A stretch of 64,000 nt of DNA from contig JAVJQW010000040.1 in the NCBI GenBank assembly GCA_040218735.1, positions 1 to 64,000 of the forward strand, read 5' to 3'. Within the stretch, counting starts at the first letter, position 1. Every line of letters starts with the position of its first letter. The position numbers and the translations under genes are program-made. Under the pieces are notes generated by a model, which did not search any database, was not told where the DNA came from, and worked only from the letters and a program-made list of their open reading frames with translations. This document shows positions 27,969 to 37,158 of this stretch, in pieces. Source of the stretch: Deltaproteobacteria bacterium. GTDB taxonomy: Bacteria; Myxococcota; Kuafuiibacteriia; Kuafuiibacteriales; Kuafuiibacteriaceae.

Positions 27969-30740
27969 TTGGCCAACCTCGAACGCAGGCTGGATCTGTC
28001 CGCCGTGGTCGCGATCAGCATCAGCGCGATGTTGGGGAGCGGCATCTTCGTGTTGCCCGGGATCGCAGCCGCCAAGACCGGGCCGTCCGTCTGGCTGGCC
28101 TACCTCGTCGCGGGCCTGTGTGTGCTGCCCGCGGCGTTGTCGAAGGGGGAGCTCGCGACCGCCATGCCCTCGGCCGGCGGAACGTACATCTACCTCGACC
28201 GAACGTTTGGTCCGCTCGTCGGAACCATCTCGGGGCTCGGGCTGTGGCTGTCGCTGCTCCTGAAGAGCAGCTTCGCGCTCCTCGGCCTCGGCGTGTACCT
28301 GCTCGTCGTCGTCGACGTCCCGGTCAGACCCGTCGCCCTCGCGTTCCTCGGCGCGATCGTCCTTCTGAACATCGTCGGGGTCAAAGGGGTCGGTCGCGTC
28401 CAGAAGTTCGTCACGGCGGTCGCGCTCGCGATGCTCGTCGTGCTCACGCTCACCGGCGTCTTCGGCCTCGAGCAACAGAACTTGGAGAATGGGTTCCCGC
28501 TGGGCGCGCTGGGTTTCGTCGACGCGGTGGGTTTCGTCGTCATCTCCTACGCGGGGGTCACGAAGGTCGCGGCGATCGCCGAGGAGGTGAAGAACCCAGC
28601 CCGTAACTTACCCGCGGGCATGCTGTTGTCGCTGATCATCGTCATGATCATCTACAGCCTCGTCGCCTTCGTGATGGTGGGGGGCTTGGGGCTGGAAGCG
28701 CTCAGCGGCGACCTCCACCCAATCTATGCGCTCGCCGTTTCCCAGAACTTCCCCACGCCGTTCACGATCGGAGTCGCCGTCATTGGCACGTTGACCATGG
28801 TTTCGATGGCGACGGCCGGGCTCCTCGCCGGCTCGCGCTTTCCGTTCGCGATGAGTCGCGACGATCTCTTGCCGCCCGTCCTGAAGGGCATTCATCAGCG
28901 CTTCCTCACGCCCATTCCGGCGATCCTCGCGACGGGCGCGATCATGTTCGCGGCGATTGCGTTCCTGGAGATCGAGAAGATCGCCAAGCTCGCGTCGGCC
29001 TTTATGTTGATGATGTTCGGCGCCGTGAACCTCGCCGTCATCATCCTGCGCGAGACCGGCGTGCAGTGGTACAAGCCGGCGTTTCGATCGCCGCTCTATC
29101 CGTGGGTTCAGATCTTCGGGGTCGTCACCAACCTCGGGCTCATCGCCGTCATGGGGCCGTTGGCAGTGGCCGCTGGCGTGAGTATCGCGGTTCCGGGGCT
29201 CTTCCTGTTCCTGCTCTACGGACGTAAGCGTGTCACCCGGTCCGGCGTGCTGACCAAGCGACTCAGCCGCCAGGAGATGTTGAAGTCGAACCCCGGTGGC
29301 GCGGTGCCGCGGTCTGGTAACGACGTGCGGCCGCTCGAGACCGAGGAGCCGGAGGAAGCCGCGGTCGTCGTGGCGCTGTTCGGCAAGGAACGCAGCCCCG
29401 AGATCCTCGTGGAGCTCGGGCAGGGTCTGGCGCACGGCGGCCGCATCGAGGTCGTCTACCTCACCGAGGTCCCAGAGCAGTCGATCCTGTCCGGGTGGGA
29501 GGAGGATCCGACGTGTGCTTCGGTGCGCCGTCGCATTCAGGCGATGGCGGAGACAAACGAGGTCGAGCTCGATTTCGAGGCGCTCCCGACCTACGACCAG
29601 ATCGACACCGTGCATCGCTACGCGTCTCGGCTGAACTGCGAGTGGGTCGTGATGGAGTGGAGCGGGCGGGCGCGGGACGCCTTCACGATCGGCAACCCCA
29701 TCGGTTGGTTGAAGGACCACCTCCCCGCGAACCTGGCGCGCTTTCACGACGCCGGAGTTCGATACATTCGAAAGATCCTCGTCCACGCCGAGCCGGGTGC
29801 GAACGATGCGCTGGTCGCTTACACCGCCGACAAACTCGCCCGGGAGCACGGCGCCTCGCTGACGTTCATCCGATACGTGCCGCAGGACGCCGACGCATCA
29901 CGCGAGGCTTCCGAGAAGGAGTACCTCGAGCAGATCCGTCAGCTCTGCGAGGTGGACGCGGAGATCATGATCGCGCGCGGCAAGAGCGAAGCCGAGGTGA
30001 TCGCGACGCAGAGCGCGTTCTTCGACCTGCTGGTCACGACCGAGGTGCGTCAGCGCTCCATCGTCAGCCGCGTCGTCGGGACGATCAGCGACCGCCTCAG
30101 CGAGTCGGCGGTGGCGTGCTCCGTCCTGCGGGTGCTCAGCCCGCCCAACGCGACCCACCAGGCGCTCGAACGCATCCGTGCGCGACCGAACACCCGCTGG
30201 AAGAGCGCGACCCTCGCGAGTTACTTCGACGCGGACCTCATTCGTGCCCAGCTGCCCGCCCAGAAGAAGGACGCGCTGTTCCTGCAGATGGCGCGTGCGC
30301 TGAGCGAGGCGAAGGGCTCCGACCTGCAGTCGGATCAGATCCTGGCGTCGCTCTGGGAGCGCGAGCGGAGCCTCAACACCGGGATCGGCAACGGCATCGC
30401 GTTGCCGCACGCGACGGTCCCGACCATGGCCGGCACTCGGGTGGGCGTCTTCACGTGTCGCGAGCCCATCGACTACGGCGCCGCCGATGGTGTTCCGGTC
30501 GATGTGTTCGTCGTGACGATCGGCGGGCCGAGCGACCGGAACGCGCACCTCGACGTCCTCGCTTCGATGTCGAAGATGCTCAGCCGCACCGATCTCCTCA
30601 GCCGGCTACGCGCCGCGGAGACGACGGAGGCGATCTTCGAAGCCGTCCACTCCGCGGACGACGCCGTCGGCGGCGACACCGCACCGGCGCGCCCGGCCGC
30701 CTCCGAACCCGCAGAGCGGGTGGAGCAGGGCACGGACTGA
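27969..30740 (+). CDS. APC amino acid permease fused to USP-like domains and a PTS EIIA domain
   Basis: GSGIFVLPG, ELATAMPSAGG, AEEVKNP, P.FRSPLYP; two USP-like segments; ERERSLNTGIGNGIALPH. Confidence 0.9.
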   Translation: MANLERRLDLSAVVAISISAMLGSGIFVLPGIAAAKTGPSVWLAYLVAGLCVLPAALSKGELATAMPSAGGTYIYLDRTFGPLVGTISGLGLWLSLLLKSSFALLGLGVYLLVVVDVPVRPVALAFLGAIVLLNIVGVKGVGRVQKFVTAVALAMLVVLTLTGVFGLEQQNLENGFPLGALGFVDAVGFVVISYAGVTKVAAIAEEVKNPARNLPAGMLLSLIIVMIIYSLVAFVMVGGLGLEALSGDLHPIYALAVSQNFPTPFTIGVAVIGTLTMVSMATAGLLAGSRFPFAMSRDDLLPPVLKGIHQRFLTPIPAILATGAIMFAAIAFLEIEKIAKLASAFMLMMFGAVNLAVIILRETGVQWYKPAFRSPLYPWVQIFGVVTNLGLIAVMGPLAVAAGVSIAVPGLFLFLLYGRKRVTRSGVLTKRLSRQEMLKSNPGGAVPRSGNDVRPLETEEPEEAAVVVALFGKERSPEILVELGQGLAHGGRIEVVYLTEVPEQSILSGWEEDPTCASVRRRIQAMAETNEVELDFEALPTYDQIDTVHRYASRLNCEWVVMEWSGRARDAFTIGNPIGWLKDHLPANLARFHDAGVRYIRKILVHAEPGANDALVAYTADKLAREHGASLTFIRYVPQDADASREASEKEYLEQIRQLCEVDAEIMIARGKSEAEVIATQSAFFDLLVTTEVRQRSIVSRVVGTISDRLSESAVACSVLRVLSPPNATHQALERIRARPNTRWKSATLASYFDADLIRAQLPAQKKDALFLQMARALSEAKGSDLQSDQILASLWERERSLNTGIGNGIALPHATVPTMAGTRVGVFTCREPIDYGAADGVPVDVFVVTIGGPSDRNAHLDVLASMSKMLSRTDLLSRLRAAETTEAIFEAVHSADDAVGGDTAPARPAASEPAERVEQGTD

Positions 30741-30752
30741 GTCTTGTCGCCT

Positions 30753-31652
30753 ATGAGCTTCGATGATCTTCGCCGTCCGGGACAGACCGGACCGTATTGG
30801 CTCCTCGTGATCCTCGGCCTGCCGGGCGGAATGATCGCGGCCGCGCTCGAGCGCTGGGAGCTCGCGGCGCTTGCGCTCGTGGTGGTGCTCGTGGCGCTCG
30901 GCCTCATCGCGCGCGTGCGGGCGTTGGAGATCCCGCAGAACCTCGGCCCGGTCGCCGCCCTGCTCGGGCTCATCTGGGGCATGAACTACTTCCTCGGGGA
31001 CGGCGAGACGTACTCGTTGGTGGTGTTCGTCGTCGCGACGACGTTCTTCGTCGGGAGCGGGGGCGTCCTCGTCGCGCAGCTGTTCGTACGCGATCGTTTC
31101 CCGGACAAACTCGCGGAGCGGTTCGGCGCCGAGGCGACGTGTGAGCTCGACGGCGTGCGCTTCGTCGTCGTCGTCTTGGACGAAGCGATCGAGCTGTGGG
31201 CGCAGAACGGTTGGAGTCGGCCCCGCGCGCTCGACGTCACCCTCAGTCACGCTTCGGGCCGACGTCTGTTGTCGCAGCTCGCGGCGCCCGATATGGACCT
31301 GTCGTTCGAGGGGCAACACCACCTCGACCTTCCGCCGGGGAGCCTCGCGCAGCTCAGAGTCCCGGTGCGATTCCACCCGGGCACCACGGGACGACGTCGC
31401 GTCGTGATTCGTCCGCGCGTCGCCTACGCGGAGCGTGGTCGACGACTGTTCCGGACGCGGCGCGCCGAGATCGTCGACCCGGACATCGTTTCGCAGGTGC
31501 TGGCGCCCCACGAGCAGGACAAGGTGGAGCGAAACCTGACGGCGGAGTGGGAGGTCGACCCCTCGATGGGCCGAGCGCGAACGGAGCAAGAGGAGCGCGC
31601 GTCGTTGCGGATCGTCTGGACGCCGGACGGGCACCAGATTCGTGACGTGTGA
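30753..31652 (+). CDS. Hypothetical membrane protein (about 4 TM helices plus a soluble domain)
   Basis: Hydrophobic N-terminal half; co-oriented with its neighbours. Confidence 0.65.
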   Translation: MSFDDLRRPGQTGPYWLLVILGLPGGMIAAALERWELAALALVVVLVALGLIARVRALEIPQNLGPVAALLGLIWGMNYFLGDGETYSLVVFVVATTFFVGSGGVLVAQLFVRDRFPDKLAERFGAEATCELDGVRFVVVVLDEAIELWAQNGWSRPRALDVTLSHASGRRLLSQLAAPDMDLSFEGQHHLDLPPGSLAQLRVPVRFHPGTTGRRRVVIRPRVAYAERGRRLFRTRRAEIVDPDIVSQVLAPHEQDKVERNLTAEWEVDPSMGRARTEQEERASLRIVWTPDGHQIRDV

Positions 31653-31690
31653 ACCTGGCTCCTCCGGCGCCGCGACGCTACGCTCTGGGT

Positions 31691-33793
31691 ATGCGGGCTT
31701 GGGTGCTCGTCGCGTTGGGCGTCGTCGGCTGCGGCCCGCTCGTCATCCCTCGCGCGGAGGCGCCCGAAGGGGCCTACGGAGAGATCCTCCTCGTCGGTGA
31801 CGAACGCGAGGTGGTCGCGGCGTTTGCTTCGGACCCCGACTCCCCGACCACGTTCGACCCGACGACCGTCTCCGGCGTCGAACGTGCCGAGGTGTTCTTC
31901 GTCGCCGACCACATCGACGGACGCGGGCTCGCGCCGGGCCCGTTCGAGCTCGGCGGCGAGCTCGTCACCCCGCTCGACGCCGAGGTGATCGACCTCAATG
32001 ACGACGTGTCGTGGAGGAGCGGCCCAGTCCTCTGGGAGGAGCGACTTCGGTTGCCGCCCGTCGACGTGACGCGCTGCCTCGACTTCGACCACTGCTTCGC
32101 GGACCAGGTCTGTGGCCCCTGCGATCGTCTGCGGACACCTTCGGAGCCGATGCCGCCCGAGCCGCCTGTCGTCGACTGCCCGCCGGGTTGGACGTCGGTC
32201 CCCGACGGCGACTTCAGCCATTGCCGGCCGTTCGCGGTCGTACCCATGGACGCGTGCCCGCCGGGCGCCGGACGTTTCCCGGGCGGTGATGCGTGTGTCG
32301 GTGTCGCGGCGGCCTGTGCGGGCGATGGGTGGCCCGCGGACCTGCCGCCGGACGCGGTGTTCGTCTCCGCGAGCGCCACCAGCTCCGGTGACGGCTCGCG
32401 GGCGCGACCCTTCGCGCGTGTGCAGGACGCCGAGGTCGCGATCAGCGGCGGTGGCGCGACCGTCGCGCTGAGCGTCGGAACCCACTCGCTCGGCATCGTC
32501 GAGTTGACCGGGACGGCGACGATCGTCGGAGCGTGCGCCGACACGCTGCTCGACGCACAGCTCGATCTCCGCGGAGACTTCGTGGTCCGCAGCCTCGTCC
32601 TCGTCGGGAGCGTGCGCTCGCAGGGGACGCTGGTCGTCGAGGATGTTGCCGTCGTCGAGGCCGGACCGGCGCCCACCGCGATCCGGGGGAGCGTTGGCGA
32701 GCTTCGGCTGTCGTCCGTCTCGGTCAACGCGCCGCGCGCGGAGGGGATTCGCACGAACGAGGGCGTTCGCATCGACGCGCAGCGCGTCTACGTGGGGCCG
32801 GGGGCGGGCGAGGGCATCATCATCCAAGGTGAGGAGAGTCAGCTCATCGACGCGTTCGTCGAAGGACGCGGTTCGTTCGGGGTGCAGGTCCTCTTCGCGA
32901 CGGGCGCCGTGATTCGAAACGTCGGCGTGCTGCGCAATCGCGAAGACGCCGTTCGCATCGACGCGAGCCGCAGCGTGACGATCGAGAACCTGTGGGTCCA
33001 GGACCTGGACCGAGCCTCGGGCGTCGCCGTCGTCGAGAGTCAGAACGTCGGTATCGACAACGCGTGGTTCGTCAACGGGAGCTACGGCGACGTCGCGACG
33101 AGCGTCTCGCAAGTGAGGTTGCAGGACGTGGTCGTCGTGGATGCGGGGCCGTACGACAGCGAGGACGATGACGCGGACCCCGGTTCGCTGTGGGTTCGTG
33201 GCTCGACGGTTTCGGTCCAGCGCGCGGCGTTCCTCCGGCCGCAGAAGAATGCACTCTTTCCGCGCACCAGCGTGCTGAGCGCTGAGGACGTCAGCGTGAT
33301 CGATCACGTGCGTGCGGCCCTCGAAGTCACCGAGAGCGACGCCGTCCTGCGCCGGGCGCGTCTGTCCGCGGCCCCGGCGCCCGTCTGTGGCGGCCACGAA
33401 GGGGCCGGCGTGCGGTCTACGCGCGGCTTGGTGCGGCTGGAGGACGTCGCGATCGATTCGAGCGCGTCGCCGGGGCTGTTCCTCGACGAGACCTACGATA
33501 CACAGCTCCTCGCTGCGGAGCGTCTGCGTGTCCACCGCACCGTCGGATGTGGGGGTGACGCGGTATTCATCGGCGGCGGGTGGTCGAGCGCGCTGAGCCA
33601 CGTCGACCTTTCATCGGAGGCCGGGACGGCGCTCACCTTCGACGCGTTGGGGAGCCTCGAGCTAGCGACGTCACGCATCGCGGACAGCATGGTCGGCATC
33701 ATGGTCTCGTCGAACGTCGACGCCCTCCGACTCGTCGATGGCGTACGGTTCGAGGGCAACGTTCGCGCCTTCGTCCAGAGCGACCCGAACTGA
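31691..33793 (+). CDS. Lipoprotein with Cys-rich segment and right-handed beta-helix
   Basis: MRAWVLVALGVVGC; CPPGW..CP.G; VFVSASATSSGDGSRARPF..Q.A; beta-helix periodicity. Confidence 0.8.
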   Translation: MRAWVLVALGVVGCGPLVIPRAEAPEGAYGEILLVGDEREVVAAFASDPDSPTTFDPTTVSGVERAEVFFVADHIDGRGLAPGPFELGGELVTPLDAEVIDLNDDVSWRSGPVLWEERLRLPPVDVTRCLDFDHCFADQVCGPCDRLRTPSEPMPPEPPVVDCPPGWTSVPDGDFSHCRPFAVVPMDACPPGAGRFPGGDACVGVAAACAGDGWPADLPPDAVFVSASATSSGDGSRARPFARVQDAEVAISGGGATVALSVGTHSLGIVELTGTATIVGACADTLLDAQLDLRGDFVVRSLVLVGSVRSQGTLVVEDVAVVEAGPAPTAIRGSVGELRLSSVSVNAPRAEGIRTNEGVRIDAQRVYVGPGAGEGIIIQGEESQLIDAFVEGRGSFGVQVLFATGAVIRNVGVLRNREDAVRIDASRSVTIENLWVQDLDRASGVAVVESQNVGIDNAWFVNGSYGDVATSVSQVRLQDVVVVDAGPYDSEDDDADPGSLWVRGSTVSVQRAAFLRPQKNALFPRTSVLSAEDVSVIDHVRAALEVTESDAVLRRARLSAAPAPVCGGHEGAGVRSTRGLVRLEDVAIDSSASPGLFLDETYDTQLLAAERLRVHRTVGCGGDAVFIGGGWSSALSHVDLSSEAGTALTFDALGSLELATSRIADSMVGIMVSSNVDALRLVDGVRFEGNVRAFVQSDPN

Positions 33794-33823
33794 CGACGCG
33801 ACGAACTGGGACAAGAGCGCAGG

Positions 33824-33843
33824 CTGCGGACACGAGTCCGCAG
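33824..33843. repeat. Intergenic GC hairpin
   Basis: CTGCGGAC-ACGA-GTCCGCAG, perfect 8-bp stem with no U-tract. Confidence 0.5.
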
Positions 33844-33937
33844 GCGTGAAGGGTGATCCGGTGTGGACCGCTCTCCGCAACCTGGGTTGCAGGTGAGCAA
33901 GCGGCGTTGGAACGGTTCCTGATGGTGGCGTCCGGCT

Positions 33938-35089
33938 ATGAAGAACTGCCGACGTGCACCTCTCCCCCTCACCTTCGTGACCGGCGCGCTCCTCGTCGCG
34001 TGCGGCGGCGCGCCGAGCGACTCCGCCGAGCTCTCCGAAGACACCGCGTCCGTCACGGTACGCGACCGCTTCGCCGCGTGGTTCGCCGACTACAACGAGG
34101 GGCAGGGGACCGCCTACCTCGATACGCCCTACCGGGTCCGGCGACGTGGTGACTCGCGCTACCCGGACGCGCCGGCGCACGCGCACCACCGGTCGATGCA
34201 GTACGGCCCGTTCCCGCGGAACGTGCTCGACGTGTGGAGCCTGAACAGCGACGCGCCCACGCCGCTCGCGATCTTCATCCACGGGGGTGGGTTCAACGAC
34301 AACGACAAGGAGTCGATTCACCGCTCGCGTACGAACATTCTGCGGCTGCTCGAGGCCGGGGTCTCCGTCGCGTCGATCAGCTACCGTATCGCCTATCGCG
34401 ATCCGGACGCGGCCCTCGAAGCTCCCATCCCGAACGACATCGGCGAGGTCCACGATGAGAACGGCACCCGCGTCGACTACATCCTCCGCGACTGCGCACG
34501 CGCCGTGCAGTTCCTCCGGCACCGCGCCGACCTGTTGAACATCGACCCGTCGCGCATCGGCGCGTGGGGCCCGTCCGCGGGGGCGGGCTGCACGGTGTGG
34601 GTTGGCACGGTGCCGAACCTCGCGGTGTCAGGGCACAGCGACCCGGTGCTTCGGCAGTCGACGCGCATCGCCGTGATGGGGCACGAGAACGGGCAGCCGA
34701 CGTACGACTGGGGGCGCTGGCCGGAGCTGCTCGACATGAGCGAGGACTTCGTCTTCGACACCATCGGTCGCGAGCCCGTGCGTCTGTTGCAGATGGAGAT
34801 GGATGACTTCCGGTTCACTCGAGCGGGTCGAGACCTCGCGTACATCCTCGACTACTACCGGCACCTCGGTCGGAACGACCCTCCGTTGTTCACCGTCAAC
34901 GGAGGGCGGGACGTGGACGAGCCGAACGCGTCGGCGAGCCAGATCATCCACCACCCGCGGGCGCACGTCGCGCTGTACGACAAGTGCGTGGCGTCGGGCG
35001 GAACGTGTGAGATCGATACGGTCATCGAGAGCACGGACTACCCCGGGACCACCGTCCACTTCCTCGCGGAGCAGCTCCTCGCACCCTGA
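33938..35089 (+). CDS. Alpha/beta hydrolase (esterase-type) lipoprotein
   Basis: LLVAC lipobox; YGP..RNVLDVW, IHGGGF, SISYR, RIGAWGPSAGA, IHHP. Confidence 0.85.
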   Translation: MKNCRRAPLPLTFVTGALLVACGGAPSDSAELSEDTASVTVRDRFAAWFADYNEGQGTAYLDTPYRVRRRGDSRYPDAPAHAHHRSMQYGPFPRNVLDVWSLNSDAPTPLAIFIHGGGFNDNDKESIHRSRTNILRLLEAGVSVASISYRIAYRDPDAALEAPIPNDIGEVHDENGTRVDYILRDCARAVQFLRHRADLLNIDPSRIGAWGPSAGAGCTVWVGTVPNLAVSGHSDPVLRQSTRIAVMGHENGQPTYDWGRWPELLDMSEDFVFDTIGREPVRLLQMEMDDFRFTRAGRDLAYILDYYRHLGRNDPPLFTVNGGRDVDEPNASASQIIHHPRAHVALYDKCVASGGTCEIDTVIESTDYPGTTVHFLAEQLLAP

Positions 35090-35118
35090 CGCTCGTGACG
35101 CGACGATGGACAGCTGCT

Positions 35119-37158
35119 TCAGCGGTCGACGTCGTTGGAGCGGTCGATGACCCGGAAGGTGAGCGTCCCCATGAAGCGGTGGTCGGTTATCAGCTCCGAC
35201 CCCGTCAGGCGCAGCCGCGTGTAGCTCGCTTCGAGCGACAGCTCCCCGCGGTCCTCGAACGCACGGCCCACGCCGAGGAGCGCACGCCAGGATGGCTGCG
35301 TGGGGTCCAGGTCGGGCTCCCGCCCTCGGCCCGCCTTGGGCATCACCACCTGAAGGCCGCCGGCGCCGCCCAGCGTCCAACGCCAAGCTCCCGGCTCCAG
35401 GACCAAGGCGCCACGCAAGCGGATCGGGACGAGATCGACCTGGCGCCACGCGCTCGTTCCGCTCCCGTCGCGGTGACGTGACCAGCCCACCTCGGCGCCG
35501 AAGTCCGCGTTCAGCAACCCGACGATCGGAATCCGCGCGCCGTAGTCCGCGCTGACGACGGGCTGCGCGTCCCCGTCCACCGGGAGCGCTACGCCGAGCC
35601 GCAGTCCGAGCCCGAAGCGAGGCGCCCTGCGCGGTGGGCTGGGTTCGGCACGCACGACGATGGGAGCGGCCTGCGGCGGAGGAGGCGGGGCTGCGGGCTC
35701 GACCGGCAGCGCCTGGGCGTTCACCACCAGGCGCTCCGACGTCGACCACGCAGCGTCTCGTGCCTCGAGCTGATAGTCGATCGTGTGCCGACCCGCGTCG
35801 ACGGGCACGCGCCACACCCCGTCCGTCACCGTGCCCGTCGCGCTCGTGAGCCGCACACCGCTCGGGAGGGCCAACGCGATCTCCTGAGGGGCGTCCAGCT
35901 CGATCACGCCGTCCGTCACCGTCGGCGCCGCGCTCGACGTCGCGACCGCTTCGAGCACGATGAGCGGCCGACCGACGCTCGCTTCGCCGACGAGTCCGCG
36001 CGAATCACGGCCGCGGAGCACCACCTCGTAGGCGCCGTCCGCGAGCGCGAAGAGGCGCGTGTGATCGGTGGCGGTGAGCGTGCGGAGGACTCGTCCGTCG
36101 GCGTCCGGGCGCGCGTCGCGAACCTCGAGGACGGCGACCGTCGCGGTACCGACGAGCTCCCAGCGAAGCTCCTCCTGGCTCGGAGTGAGGGTCACGATCG
36201 CACCCGACTTCGCCCACTTTGGGGCGTCGGGGAGGCGGGTCGGCTCCTCCGGAGCTTCGCCCACCTTGACCCGCGTCCCGAAGCCTCGGTTCACGTCGAC
36301 GCTCTTGCCGCGCGCCGAGACGCGCGACTTCCCGCGATACACGGAGACGGTGTTGCTCTTCTTGAGTGCGTCGTACCCGATGCGCGTGCTCTTCGACGCG
36401 ACGTCGATCGTGGCCGCCGGCGAGCGAATCGCGACGGGGTGATCCTCGTTGGCGAGCGCCGCGAGGAGCGTGCCTTCCTCCAGCACCACATCCTCGAGAC
36501 GGTGCCTTTCGACATCGGACGCAGCGCGCCCCCGGTAGATGACGACGAGCGACTCTTCCCCGAGGCGGAGTCGATCCATCGTGCGGAACGTGACCTCACC
36601 CGCCGACTCCGGGAGCGTCCGCACCCGGAACATCTCGTCGAGCGGCATGTTGAGCGCGGCGGCACGCCAGTCCACTCCCGAGGGTTCACGCGCCTGAACC
36701 TCCCGGTGGACCCACGACACCCACGCGGGCGGCGAGGTCTGAACCTCGCCGGTCGCGACCCACACTTCGACGCGGCGATTTCGGGCGTGCGCGGCGCGGT
36801 TCCTTCGGCGCGTGAGGGGTTCGCGTTCACCGACCGAGGTGACGTCCATGGAACGCGCGTCCACGCCGAGCTCGGTGAGACGTGTGGCGACGGTGCGCGC
36901 GCGCCGCAGGCCGAGGCGTTCGTTGCGCTTCGCACTTCCGGTGGTGTCGGTGTGCCCGACGATTCGGATGCGGTCGACGGCCCCGTCGGCGAGCTTCTTC
37001 GCGATGCGCTTCAGGGCATCACGGTCACCGTCGACGAGTCGTGCGCCGCCCGCTTGGAACCGAACCGTTGCGAGGTGGACGGGGGGCCCGGCGTTGGCCT
37101 CCGTCGCGAAGAGTGTCGCAGCGGCGACGAAAAACAGTGGGGTGCGTAGTCGCATCAT
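35119..37158 (-). CDS. OmpA-like peptidoglycan-binding + FecR-like + C-terminal beta-barrel-like protein
   Basis: Signal peptide; IVGHTDTTGS..NERLGLRRA, NRRVE; VRTLPESAGEVTF..LRLGEES (FecR-like); ATGA overlap with the cyclase gene. Confidence 0.85.
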   Translation of the reverse strand: MMRLRTPLFFVAAATLFATEANAGPPVHLATVRFQAGGARLVDGDRDALKRIAKKLADGAVDRIRIVGHTDTTGSAKRNERLGLRRARTVATRLTELGVDARSMDVTSVGEREPLTRRRNRAAHARNRRVEVWVATGEVQTSPPAWVSWVHREVQAREPSGVDWRAAALNMPLDEMFRVRTLPESAGEVTFRTMDRLRLGEESLVVIYRGRAASDVERHRLEDVVLEEGTLLAALANEDHPVAIRSPAATIDVASKSTRIGYDALKKSNTVSVYRGKSRVSARGKSVDVNRGFGTRVKVGEAPEEPTRLPDAPKWAKSGAIVTLTPSQEELRWELVGTATVAVLEVRDARPDADGRVLRTLTATDHTRLFALADGAYEVVLRGRDSRGLVGEASVGRPLIVLEAVATSSAAPTVTDGVIELDAPQEIALALPSGVRLTSATGTVTDGVWRVPVDAGRHTIDYQLEARDAAWSTSERLVVNAQALPVEPAAPPPPPQAAPIVVRAEPSPPRRAPRFGLGLRLGVALPVDGDAQPVVSADYGARIPIVGLLNADFGAEVGWSRHRDGSGTSAWRQVDLVPIRLRGALVLEPGAWRWTLGGAGGLQVVMPKAGRGREPDLDPTQPSWRALLGVGRAFEDRGELSLEASYTRLRLTGSELITDHRFMGTLTFRVIDRSNDVDR

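Noticed and set aside
33908-33922. TGGAACGGTTCCTGA as a fourth sigma54 promoter
   Set aside because: The -12 box lacks GC and the gene has a normal lipoprotein signal; too weak to call.
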